NCBI GenBank assembly: GCA_965178125.1
Contig: OZ237736.1
Span: 186,001 to 250,000 of the forward strand
Length of the DNA stretch: 64,000 bases
Origin: Bilabrum cf. latius
Lineage: Eukaryota
Direction of reading: 5' to 3'
The notes under the pieces were generated by a model. The model saw only the letters and a program-made list of their open reading frames with translations. It was not told the DNA's origin and did not search any database. The position numbers and the translations under genes are program-made. Shown here piece after piece: positions 1 to 12,000 of the stretch. Numbering within the stretch: position 1 is the stretch's first letter; each line of letters opens with the position of its first letter.

Positions 1-2
1 AG

Positions 3-1622
3 CATTCACCGCTCCGATCTAGATCCAACGAGCTTGGCCACTATGGTGGTCGTGCAAGCAGCCCGACAGCCGCTCAGAAGAAGTGGCTCGAAAGCCCGGG
101 TGCCTGTCAGGTGTTGCTGCGGTCGGGCAAGGTCGTTGCAGCACCTGGCGACGGCACTGCGTTCAAGCTGGACCTGATGCTCACGCCCGTGCGACCGCTA
201 GACGGGGAGGAGTGGAGACGTCACTTTGCTGACAGGTACTACCTGTACGGCTATCACGGCGAGCTCACACCGCCCAAGGTGGCACAGTTCAACACGACCG
301 TGTTCGACACGCACCAGGGGCAGGTGCAGAACCCGTACATCAACTACCTCTTCCGAGAGGACACGGTTGGGATCCTCCGCAACTGGACGGACCTGGCGCG
401 GTAGAGCGGCATGATTGCCTCCGAGGTGTACTACACGACCAGGGAGCTCAGCAACCGCGCCTACGAGCAATGGATCCTGTGGGCCATCCAGTCGGCAGGA
501 GGGGACGCGTTCTACGTGGAGACGCCTGAAGACGAGCTGCCCACGGCCAGCAGGGGCAATGCCTGGCTGCAGGAGCACCTGGGCTCGGTGCCCTACACCC
601 CCGCCTGGCAGACCGACCTGCCCTGGATGGACGCCCAGGATGCCGCGCTTCACAACAGCGGGCAGAGCCGCTGGAACAACTTTTACCTGCAAGGGCTCAA
701 CTTTGCCATCGCAAGCCCGCTCGGACCGCGCACGAACGGCGTGTACATCGACGAGACCGCCTTCTCGCGGCTGACCGCGACTAGGATGCGTAGAGCGGAG
801 GAGGCATCGGCCCTGACGCAGCTCGCCGACTCGCAAGGCCTCGCTGCTGAGGAATCCGGACGGCTGCAGCAGCAGGAAGCTCGGCAGATCGTGCGCAACA
901 ATCTGCACTCCTGCAACAAATTCGTCTGCAGGACCGGGGACAGCCAGAGCACCGTCCTGCGCGCGTCTTCTGCGCTCATCTACGCGGCGCACCTGCCTAC
1001 TTTCGACCGGCTCTGGTTCGGCGAGGGCTTCTCCGGGGCGTACAAGACGGGCCAGCCCGACTACTGGCTGGCCGAGATGAGCGGCGTGCCGTTCGGCCTG
1101 ACGGCATCCATGCTGGATATGCCTGCCCAGGCGCTGTACAGGGGCATGGCGGCGGGGCTGGAGGACAACAGGCCTGCCACGTGCGTCTGGCCGGTGTGGG
1201 TGGATCTAGGGCTCGACCAGGGGGGCGCGGATGTGTACGGATGGTGGAACGCGTCGGTCCCTGTGAGTGTGGCGTCAGTGAACGGAGAGGAAGGGCTGGC
1301 GTCGGAGGTGCTGGCGTCCGTCGCAGTGAGACGCGCTGGCTCTGGGTCGGAGATCAGTGCGGAGGACGGGGTGGCTCTAGTGGCGGTGGCCAACTTCGCA
1401 TCGGGTGCCTTGGCCAAGGGAGCGCTGCAGGTGGTGATGCAGATCGATTGGCAGGCCCTGTTTGGCGCATAGGATGTCGGGGTGGCCTCTCAGCCGAACG
1501 TGTGCGGCTTTCAAGGAGCCGAGTAGCTGCCCCTAGGCCCCAACGGGACGCTCTCAATCACCATCGGGCCGCTCGAAAGCAACACCAACGGGAGGCTCAT
1601 CGAGCTGAGGCCGTCGCAGTGA
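3..1622 (+). CDS. DUF6067-type glycoside hydrolase-like protein (5' end outside window)
   Basis: One frame is open from nt 3 to TGA 1620-1622 if three TAGs (402, 1470, ~1524) are read through. Motifs LMLTPVRPLD, NPYINYLF, YYTTRELSNRAYE, WLQEHLG, SGQSRWNNFYLQG and DRLWFGE..EMSGVPFGL match bacterial DUF6067 proteins as I recall them. Confidence 0.75.
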
Positions 1623-1832
1623 TGCAATGGCTGGTCCAACGGATACGTATGTGATGAGGGGGCGTGCCAGATTGTTGCATGCATACATAAGATATAATCT
1701 AATCTAGATCTGATCTCTTTTGAACTGGTCGAGCTCACGCCGCGGCTTTCTGACTCATCCTTATTCGCGAAACCAACTAAACTTCAACATGTCGGATCCG
1801 ACTGCTTCTCTCTAGCACTCCCCGCACGCGAT

Positions 1833-3416
1833 TCACTAACGCTTACGCTCGCCCAGATGCACTGTGCTCATGTGCGTATTGAGATGGCCGGCCCTCCCAA
1901 AGCGCTTCCCGCACACGCTGCATTCGTGCTTACGCTCGCCCAGATGCACTGTGCTCACGTGCGTCTTGAGACTGCCTGCCTGTCCAAAGCGCTTTCCGCA
2001 CACGCTGCACTCGTGCTTGCGCTCGCCCAGATGCACTGTGCTCATGTGCGTCTTGAGACTGCCTGCCTGTCCAAAGCGCTTCCCGCACACGCTGCACTCG
2101 TGCTTGCGCAAATCCAGATGCACTGTGCTCATGTGCGTATTGAGATGGCCGGCCCTTCCAAAGCGCTTCCCGCACACGCTGCATTCGTGCTTGCGCAAAT
2201 CCAGATGCACTGTGCTCATGTGCGTCTTGAGACTGCCTGCCACACCGAAGCGCTTTCCGCACACGCTGCACTCGTGCTTGCGCAAATCCAGATGCACTGT
2301 GCTCATGTGCGTCTTGAGATGGCATGCCACACCGAAGCGCTTCCCGCACACGCTGCACTCGTGCTTGCGCAAATCCAGATGCACTGTGCTCATGTGCGTA
2401 TTGAGATGGCCTGCCTGTCCAAAGCGCTTCCCGCACACGCTGCACTCGTGCTTGCGCTCGCCCAGATGCACTGTGCTCATGTGCGTCTTGAGATGGCCAG
2501 CCTCACCAAAGCGCTTCCCGCACACGCTGCACTCGTGCTTGCGCTCGCCCAGATGCACTGTGCTCATGTGCGTATTGAGGTGGCCGGCCTCACCGAAGCG
2601 CTTCCCGCACACGCTGCACTCGTGCTTGCGCAAATCCAGATGCACTGTGCTCACGTGCGTCTTGAGATGGCCAGCCTGTTTAAAGCGCTTCCCGCACACG
2701 CTGCATTCGTGCTTGCGCTCGCCCAGATGCACTGTGCTCATGTGCGTATTGAGATGGCCGGCCCTCCCAAAGCGCTTCCCGCACACGCTGCACTCGTGCT
2801 TGCGCTCGCCCAGATGCACTGTGCTCACGTGCGTCTTGAGACTGCCTGCCTGTCCAAAGCGCTTCCCGCACACGCTGCACTCGTGCTTGCGCAAATCCAG
2901 ATGCACTGTGCTCACGTGCGTCTTGAGATGGCCTGCCTGTCCAAAGCGCTTCCCGCACACGCTGCATTCGTGCTTGCGCTCGCCCAGATGCGCCGTGCTC
3001 ATGTGGCCTTCCAAGCTTTTCATAGAGCTTAATTGCTCTCGCCTCCGTCGCTTCGGCTAGGCCTACTGGGCCTAGCCGTTCATAGCAAGTATCGGCTGCC
3101 TGGCAGTATTTCTGCTCGCATTATCTCTGAGGCGCTTCATGCCTATCTTCAAAGATGTATTACCGTTATTATCACCCGACTTATCACCAGCAGTACCCGG
3201 CATCAGGTCAGCTAGGCTGGCCGCGGCAGTTTGAGTCCGAGACAGATTCCTGCTCCTGCCCTGCTGGGCAAACGATCCAGTTGAAATACAGAAATTCAAT
3301 GCTTTGCTGTCTGGATATTGATCTTCGCCAGATGAATCGCTGCCACTGGTTTCGCTAACAAGGTCAACAAGATCAACAATGTCCGAATCGCGGCTGGGAG
3401 CATAATTTAGCGCCAT
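1833..3416 (-). CDS. C2H2 zinc-finger protein, 13 tandem fingers
   Basis: ORFs 3072..3563 and 1836..3023 join in frame across TAGs at 3072, 3063 and 3057. The likely ATG is 3416 (MALNYAPS), with a basic NLS-like PKRRRR before the array. There are 13 CSVC-x12-H-x4-H units. The last TAG (1836) is directly followed by TGA (1833-1835). Confidence 0.85.
1839..2990 (-). repeat. 87-nt coding minisatellite (13 near-identical zinc-finger units)
   Basis: 87-nt periodicity; 29-aa unit HECSVCGKRFGxAGxLxTHxSTVHL(GE/DL)RK. Confidence 0.95.
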
Positions 3417-3607
3417 AACTGAATACAAGCAAATGTCTAGTAGCCTGCAAGTACAAAGTGAATCTAGGAGAGCTGTCACCGGCCAATTATTGTGTAGACT
3501 ATGACTAGATCTGGATCTATGGACCGGCGCCGCGACCGCCTGCGTACAGTGCCGTGCACCCATCGCGTCCGGCTCGTCATTTTGCTGTCGAAGGCATCGT
3601 TTGCGCC

Positions 3608-6600
3608 ATGCGGGCAGCCTATGTAATCTTAATCATTACCAGTTTGCTTTACCAAGTACACGCAAAGCCATCCAACGTTCTGTTTCTCTATGTGGACGAC
3701 ATGCGACCAGATCTTGGCGTTTATAACCGGACCTACATGCACTCCCCCAACTTCGATGCCCTCGCTGCATCCGAGGACGCCGTGGTGTTTGATAACGCCA
3801 ACGTGTAGCAGGCGATTTGCTGTCCCAGTCGAACGAGCACTTTAACTGGGCGAAGACCCGATAGCACCCACGTGTGGAATCTCGTGACGAACTGGCGTCT
3901 GGCCGGCTACGCAAACGCGACCTCGGTGTTTCAATATTTTCTGCAGCAAGGTTTTGCTTTCTCTGGTGGGCAGGGCAAGACGTTTCACCCAGTGGCCGGC
4001 CCAGGGGGCAAGATCGAAGACATTGGCTTCAGCTGGAACCAGCCCTACTTCAGGGCCCCGGGCGAATCCAAGCAGCAGTTTGCCAACTTTTCGCACGCGT
4101 GGTGGAGCATCCCAGCCTCTGAAGCAACCGATGACGAGCTTCCGGACGGATTGATTGCCACAAATGCGGTGGAAATGCTGAAAAACGCCACGTCGCAAAG
4201 CGGAGCGTGGGTGGTGGCGGCTGGGTTCCACCGGCCTCACCTGCCCGAGGTCTGCAGGCAGCCTTACACGGACCTCTACCCCCTCCAGAACACCAAGCTC
4301 GCGAAATGGCCCTACAGGCCTCACGGCTGGGGCGATGCCATTCAGTACGCCTGGGACGCAGAGTCGGGTCCACGGCATATGGGCGATTTTGCCGCCCTCA
4401 ACGTATCGTTCCCCTACGGGTACGTGCCCGAAGATTGGGGCAGGCAGCTGCGCAGGGCGTATCACGCGTGCGTTAGCTTTGCGGACCGGAACGTGGGTGT
4501 GGTGCTGGACGCCCTCAAGTCTTCTGGCCAGTGGGACGATACGACCATCATCGCGATCGGAGACCACGTGAGTTCAGTCGAGCTCAGTCCAAGATGTGAC
4601 TGGGTCGGGAAGGGAGTTATCCCTTCCATCACCCCTTGGATTCACGCGCCTGGTCCTGCCTTGCCGCATTGTGCATACCTGAAGCGTATTCACGCTGGAT
4701 CCTGACCCTACCCTCTGCGACGTGCTGATTCTCCGCCGTCTCATGATGTGGGCTGTTTGCTCGCCTTCCGTTCACCGTGCTGCCTGCCTCTGACCCTTGT
4801 TCCCGTCTGCATCACTCGCAGGGCTGGCAACTGTCCGAGCACGGGGAGTACGGCAAAAAAACCAACTTCCAGGAGGCCGTCATCGCTCCCATGATCCTAA
4901 AGCCAGCCAAAGCAGCCGTAGAGAGGCTGCAGGGGCTGCCCCGTGGCTCTCTCCCTCCTCGGCAGCCTCCCGTTTTCCTCACAGATTTCGCGGAGAGGGG
5001 CTCTGCGTACCGCCTGGAGCTGGGCATCGATTCCATAGACGAGCATGGGCACGTGGTCACGCGAGACCCCGAGGATGCGGAAGCGGAAGCCAAGGTGCAG
5101 GAGGCCCTGCAGCGGGGGGTGGATCTGACCCTCGCCCAGACGGTCCGCTCGGAGGCCTACGTCGAGTTCGTGTCGATCTACCCCACGCTTGCGGAGCTCA
5201 GCGGCATCCCCGTGCCGCCCGTGTGCCCCGACAGCGCGAAAGGAGAGCACGACACGGCGGCCTGCATCGACGGCGTCAGCTTCGCGAGGCTGCTGGCCCA
5301 CCCCGAGGAGCCCTTCATGGACGGCGCCTTCGCGCAGTATCCCACGTGCATGCACGACATCCCGCCGTGGAACGGTTGCGAGAACGAGGGGGATCCCAGG
5401 CACATGGGATACACAGTGCAGACTAGGGGGCCCGCTCCCCAAGGAACAGCAGCAGCGGGAGAACAGGCCGCCCATCCCGCCCAGCGGGAGGCTAGCTTCG
5501 TCCTGCCAGACCGCGCTGTGCCAGTGAATGCGGAGGGCCAGCGGGAGTACCGCTTCACCCAGTGGCTTCCCTTCAACCACTCGAGTGCAGAGGCGGACTG
5601 GGACACGGTGCTAGCCGTTGAGCTGTACGACCACTCCGTGGATCCCACGGAGGACTACAACGTAGCAGCCGAGCCTGCGTACTAGGCAGTGGTGCAAGCG
5701 CTGGCCAAGAAGCTGAGGGCGGGCTGGAGGGCAGCGCTGCCCAGCTACGCCAGGGACAGTGGGGAAGGCAGGAATGGCGCAGAGCATGGTTCGTCCGCGA
5801 TCAAGGAGCAGGGTGCTGGATTTGGAGCGGAGGTGGAGCCTGTTCCCCAATCCACCGGTGGGGTGCAGCCTCCCGTCCCTGGCGACTGGGTGCCCTACGA
5901 GCCCATGTGGGACGAGTTCGACGGGGACTCGCTGAACGAGAGCAAGTGGAATCCTCGCAACGTGGAGTGGGAGGGGCGCCAGCCGGGGTGGTTTGACCCA
6001 GCCAACGTGAAGGTGCAAGGTGGCAACTTGCAGCTGTGGGCCCAGCACGCTCGGCTGAACGCGAGCCTGCGTGCCAAGGGCTACGACAACTTCACGACTG
6101 CGGCAGTGCAGAGCACCACGAGCGTCTCCCACGGGCTCTTCACCGTAAGGTACCGGTCGGGCAGCAGTGCGGTGTCTTCCAGCTGGTGGTTCAGTATGGG
6201 CGGGAGGTAGGACCCCAGCGGGTGGGGGGACGAGATCGACATGTTCGAGTCGTCCGGTACCACCCGCAAGGACTACGACGGGATGCTGGCGACGCACGTG
6301 CACGTGTGGAAGGTGCCCCAGGGCATGTCCAGGGAACAAGTGGAGCAGCAGTGCAACTGCACGTACCCCAAGGAGGCCTCCAGCACCGACCCGTGCTCCA
6401 GTGGGGAGGCGATCTTCGGTGGTGTGCAGCCTCCGAGCGACGCGGCTTGGCACGTCAACACGCTGCTGTGGAATTCGACGGACATCATGGTGTTTGAGGA
6501 CGGGCAGCTGAAGGTGCATCGCACTGGGGCGTGCATGAGCGCGGCGCAGGTCATGAACTTTGATCGCGAGACCATGGGCAACTGGTTCGGATTGCCGGAC

Positions 6601-6672
6601 CCCAGCGTGCTGCCGGACCAGCCGTTCGAGGTCGACTACGTGCGTGCGTGGAAGCCATCGGGTAGTGTGTGA
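3608..6672 (+). CDS. Secreted iduronate-2-sulfatase-like sulfatase fused to a C-terminal GH16 domain (2 exons: 3608-4567, 4822-6672)
   Basis: Signal peptide, NVLFLYVDDMRP, NANV[TAG]QAICCPSRTSTLTGRRPD (CxPxR motif), GFHRPHLP and GDH|GWQLSEHG across the intron. The frame continues through TAG 5683 into WDEFDG..WEGRQPGWF and through TAG 6208 to the EIDMFE motif and FEVDYVRAW. Ends at TGA. Confidence 0.85.
4568..4821 (+). other. Spliceosomal intron (GTGAGT...GCAG), phase 0
   Basis: Removing it restores the conserved sulfatase motif GDHGWQLSEHG. Confidence 0.85.
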
Positions 6673-6946
6673 CTGCATGTTTCTTCTGGATGCAGCTCTT
6701 TCTCCCTGGCTAACACTTGGCGTGAGTGAAACGTCGGGTCTTTCGGGTTGATCTTGCTGAGCGCCTCCCTGTGAGCGTTCTCGTTCTCGTCAAATGCGGG
6801 CGGGAAACAGGGCGAGCTTGCAGAGTCTCAGCGGGTGCAACCTGCCAATGTTAGTGTTAGTCTGGTTTGGATCGCTTCAGAAATACATTAAAATGGTGCA
6901 TCCATGCATAAGATCCGGATAACAAAAGCAATCCAAGATCGAGCAC

Positions 6947-8941
6947 TCAGGCAGACACCTGCACGCCGTGCCCCATCTCGAACGCACGCGCCGTAGCAGT
7001 CACCCCATCCGCCGTCGACATGATCTGCAGCCCGGAGGCAGCACTCCCGAGATGAGACCTGCCCAGCACGGACGCCACTGACCGTTGGTCGTACCCCTCG
7101 AGGAACACCCCGTCCAGCAGCGCCCGGAGCACGTAAGGGCCTCCGAAGCTCGCACCGGTGACCCGGTCTCCTTCCCCACGATCGCTCCCATTCACGCTAT
7201 GGCCCGGCAGGGTCACCATCGATACATAGACCGTCGAGCCTGACACGCCGTCGGCCACCCGCGACGTGTCCACTAGCAGTGACGGCACGACCCCGGGGTT
7301 GTCGGATCCCTTACGGTAGCTCGACACGCAGCAACCGCGGGGCCGGGGCGCGGCCGACTGTCCGGCTCCTTTCATCGCGCAACGTGGAGGGGCGGGGGGG
7401 CTGTCCTGCGGCTTGGCGCGGACAAAGACCCACCCGGTGCATCCCCAGGTGGCGTTCTCGCATGCCGCCTTGCAGGCAGAAATGCCTTCCTTCTCGCTTG
7501 TGCCGGCAGGGAGGTCAAAGTCGCGACCGGGCGCGTCGCCGCCGGGCAAATCCGTGTTATTCATGAAGAAATAAAAGCTTCCATCGGGGTTCGAACCCCG
7601 GCCCGCCAGGAACACGCCCACGAACGCGAAGGACGAGTCGTCATCCCAGCTCCTGCCCTGGGCGCCCTACCCAGCGAGCAGCCCCACGCCCGCCGTGTAT
7701 CCGCGCCCGCTAGCTGACAGGGCATCCGATATGTAAATCGTCGCCTCCACGTCGAGGTGGGCACCGGCAGTGGCGTTGAGAATGACGGGACCTACCGGCC
7801 CGACCGTCGCGTTGGTTGCAGATCCCGCGCTCCCTCGCCGCAGCTCGCGGAGCTCCTCAATGGGCTGCACCTTAAGGTATTCCGATTCCGGGTCGAAGGT
7901 CACCTGGCGGGGCACGGACTGTGCCCCATCCCAGAACACCCCGTCGCTGTTGAATCCAGGGGTGGGCAGCCACGACCACATGAGGCGGCGCTTGGATCGG
8001 TCGTCCCAGAAGCTCTTGGAGGCCTTGCCGATGCCGTAGTCGTACCTGGGTACGTTGGCATAGGTCGGTGGCCTGTCCGGCTGGAACGTGATCTCCTCCG
8101 GGTCCAGCGTGCCGAGCCAGTACTCGTCCCCACCGCACAGCGTCTCGAAGGCGCGCTGCTGCGGCTCCATCCCGGGCAACTGGTACATCTCGGGGCATGA
8201 CACGAACTCGCAGTAGCCCGTCATGTTCCAGAGCGCGTGCTCCGAGCGCCACTCGGTGAAGTTCTCGTCCGAAGAGTAGAGCCAGACCAGCCCGGTGCCA
8301 TCGTCGGGATCGAGGTACTTGCCTCCAACGAACATCCACCACCGGCCGTCGCCTTGCACCTGGAACGCCTCCGAATCGTCGTGCAGCCGAGGGTAGGCGA
8401 ACGCCGGTGGTTCCTTCACGATCACTCTAGAGGTCCAGTTCGTCAAGTTTGGGTCGCTGCGATTGGAAGGGACGGCCATGCACTGTGTCATGTCGATGCC
8501 CCCGGGCACGCTTGCGTTCGCGTGCACGCCAGGGTAGAGAATCCTCGGCTCGCCACCTACGATTGTGGTGCTGCCCGAGAAACAGCCATGCGTATTTGGA
8601 CAACCAGCTCCATCGGGCAGAAGAGCTGATTGCGGCAGGACCACCCAATTGGCGAGGTCTTTCGAGAGAGCATGGGCCCACTGTTGCGGATGCTTGTTAC
8701 AGGCAGAGAATCCAAAGGCTCCGGCGGAGCTCGGGCAGTACTGCATAAACAAATGGTACGATCCGTGCTACTTGTCAAAGAAGGGGCCGTTCGGGTCGTT
8801 CACGTGCCCAGCTCGCGGTCGAACATGAAATATGGGTTGCCGAACGCTTAGCTCCGCGGTGCGTGTCCCGCGTGAATTCTGCGCCGAGGCAACGATCGCA
8901 ACTACTAAAATAGCGAGCTGAAAATTGGCGAAATGGCTCAT
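6947..8941 (-). CDS. Secreted GH32 (beta-fructofuranosidase family) protein with a PAN/Apple-like insert
   Basis: ATG 8941 with a signal peptide. Motifs FHVRPRAGHVNDPNGPFFDK[TAG]HGSYHLFMQY, WAHALSKDLANW, GCFSGS, YDYG..ASKSF, RRLMWSW, SVPR and LKVQPIEELRELR. Second TAG at 7667. Cys-rich TDLPGGD..ACKAAC..CTGWVFV..RCAMK segment at about 7320-7560. Ends at TGA 6947. Confidence 0.85.
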
Positions 8942-9066
8942 GCTACCCGATGCTGTTCGTGACTTTCTTGTTCAAGTTGATCCACAATGACAGTGGTTCT
9001 CGTTCTCATTGCATTCGTTTTGAACAATGTATGGCTGTCTAGCAGGATACCATCCAGTGCATAATA

Positions 9067-12000
9067 ATGAATAATTCGAAAGCTTCATTGGTCTTCACGG
9101 GCGTCGTAGCATTGATTTGGGGCTGGACTGCGAGTATTCGAATCCATGCTGCTGAGATCCATGGTCATGTGTTCTCCCGAGCGCAGCACCCGTACCATCT
9201 GGTTAATCCTATAGCTATATGTTTAAAGCGGGTCTCAGATTCTCACAGCGGGCTAAATTGCACACCAGGATCAGTGGCATTTGCCCATGCAAGGGCCACC
9301 CATGGCAGGAATGCTGACCAGCTTGAGTAGACGTGCGGTGTAGCAAACAGCTAGACATATATTGATGACTTAGGCGACTGTCTGCATCTGGCATCGGAGC
9401 CATGGTTGCAAGATAGTTCGACCAGACTGCGATACCTTGCGACCGACATATGGGCAAAGAACGGATTACTGTTCGCCATAGTGCCCCAAACGCTGGATTT
9501 TCCAATTCGGACAGAATTGATATCGATGCTCACACTAGCAGAATCCCGCAACGACGGCCTGCTCTTCAACCTAGGATCCCCTGCAATCATCCGAGGCTCC
9601 ACCAGTGCTGCGCAGATGCTGCTGGCTTGGAGGCTGCCGCCGTGGATCCTGCCCGATCAAACCATAGCTGTGCAGGTAGTGTACCATACCTACAGAAAGA
9701 ACGTGGTCCTCTGGCACCTGGACGATCGCCCCGAAGCCCCCTTCGGATACAACAGGAACGCCCGCGTGCCCAGCGATCCCATGTGGGCGGGCCGAGCCTC
9801 ACCGCATGGACTAGGGGCAGAGGGCCCGGCACCAACATATTCCACCAATGCAACGCCGATCCGTGGCACTCCCAGCGTGCTAGCATCCCTCATTGCGCTG
9901 CCGCTGGACACCCGGGCATACCTCCCTCAGTGGGCCGCGCATCACGCCAGGCTGGGCATCTCCGCGACTTTGCTGCACCGCAACGATCCGGAGGAGCAGG
10001 CCATCTGCCTCCACAACGAGATGGTGTGGAGGAGCGTGTTGCTGATTGAATGGATCGCGAAGTATTCGCAGGCGATCTCGTCGAGTGACGGCACCAGGCT
10101 CCCGCCGATGCCTCCCGGGACCAACCACACTGCGGCGGCGCAAGCCTGGCTGGCAGCCGCACAGGCGGGTCTATCCCCTGCGCGCAGGACCAGCGAAGCA
10201 CTGTGGGCGAGTCTTGGGCCGGGTCCAAAGAGCCGAGGGTGCTTGCCCTCCTACAGAGTCACGACTATCCGGCCCCAAACTGGAGGCCCGGATGCGGGCG
10301 AGTCACCACAGCCCATGCCGGTGGCCGAAGTGTCGTGGCCGTTCCGATTCTACCACTCCAAGGGCGGAATTGCAACTCAGCAGGGCGAACGGGGGTGGCA
10401 AAAGTTCTATTTCGAGGCTCAGCCCGCTGCCATGACGCACGCCCTGGTCAAGTACGCCAAGGGGATCGGGGGTGGCAGTGGGTTCGACTGGCAGCTGGTC
10501 CTCGATATCGACGAGTACCTGATCTTGCCTGGCTGGGGATTGCCCTTTTCCTTGCGTGGCGCTGCACTGGGCGGGCGAGAGATCACTTCGGCTATCCAGG
10601 AACTAGCAATGGCAGCTGATGCGCAAGCACAGAGAGACGGATACACGGATGCAGGTGCAGTCGTGTTCGAGCGAAGGAATGCCGTCGCCTCCGTGTCCTA
10701 TCGAGGCAAGTCGCTGACCAATGCCACGGCCTGCACCCCGCTCTGGCTGCTCCCTCGCAGCCTGTTCCTGCCCTCGTGTTAGAGTCGCGTGGTGGGACAC
10801 ATGCACAGCCACGACCGGGCAAAGGTCTCCACCGCGTCATCTGCATCGATACCCAAGCACTGCGCGGGCTGGACTGCGCACGGCGAGTCGAAAGACGGGG
10901 ACAAGGTGAGTGGGTCAACCCTCTGCAGTGCAGTGCTCCCAGACGGGTCCAGTGCACAGCCTCACGGCAGCATCGAAAGCGTCCCTGCCTCTGGGCAGTT
11001 CGAGGCTGCTGGCAAGCATAGGTTGGCTCTGTTGGATGCTCACCCCATGCTCCTGGAAGCACCGCGCGTCATACCAGAGGCTGGCACCCCGCGGGGAGGC
11101 AACGTCAAGAGCATGGTGCGGGTCAGGCACGCGGTGGCTTCCGAGATACACATTCACGTGCATGCCCCCTTGTCTCCTGCAGAGCTTGCGCGCGTCAAGC
11201 TCCATCGGTTGCCTTCTGCTGTTGAACAGCCCAGTAGAAGAACAAGCAGATCAGTGTAGCCAGATGCGCTGGAGGCCTCGCTGTCGCCTGTTGCTGCTTC
11301 TCACATGCCCGCCAACTGCATTCGATCTGCTGGTAGTCAGCAAGCTCCCACCGAGTGCGTGGCCTTTGCCCCCTTGTACGATGTGGAGGCACTGGTTGGT
11401 ACCGTGGTATAGTCAGACCATGGCGATAGCACCGCATTCAACGGGACAGTCGTTGGCAATATTGGGCTCAGTCGATCGGGGACTGGATCAACAAGCACGC
11501 CGATTCGTGGGCGAACACCAACGGTCGTGCACCTGGTGGAAATGTCCTGTCGCCCTGGCCCCGCCCCTCACGGCATGGCATTGCCTGCCGAAGAGGGCGG
11601 TGTCCTGCGTGGGAATGGGGCCTCGAGCCAGGAACAGGAGCATGGGAATGGGGCCTCGAGCCAGGAACAGGAGCATGGGAATGGGGCCTCGAGCCAGGAA
11701 CAGGAGCGTGGGAATGGGGCCTCGAGCCAGGAACAGGAGCATGGGAATGGGGCCTCGAGCCAGGAACAGGAGCATGGGAATGGGGCCTCGAGCCAGGAAC
11801 AGGAGCATGGGAATGGGGCCTCGAGCCAGGAACAGGAGCATGGGAATGGGGCCTCGAGCCAGGAACAGGAGCATGGGAATGGGGCCTCGAGCCAGGAACA
11901 GGAGCATGGGAATGGGGCCTCGAGCCAGGAACAGGAGCATGGGAATGGGGCCTCGAGCCAGGAACAGGAGCATGGGAATGGGGCCTCGAGCCAGGAACAG

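Noticed and set aside
1857-3060. Long plus-strand ORFs over the zinc-finger array
   Set aside because: Antisense shadows of a stop-free tandem repeat.
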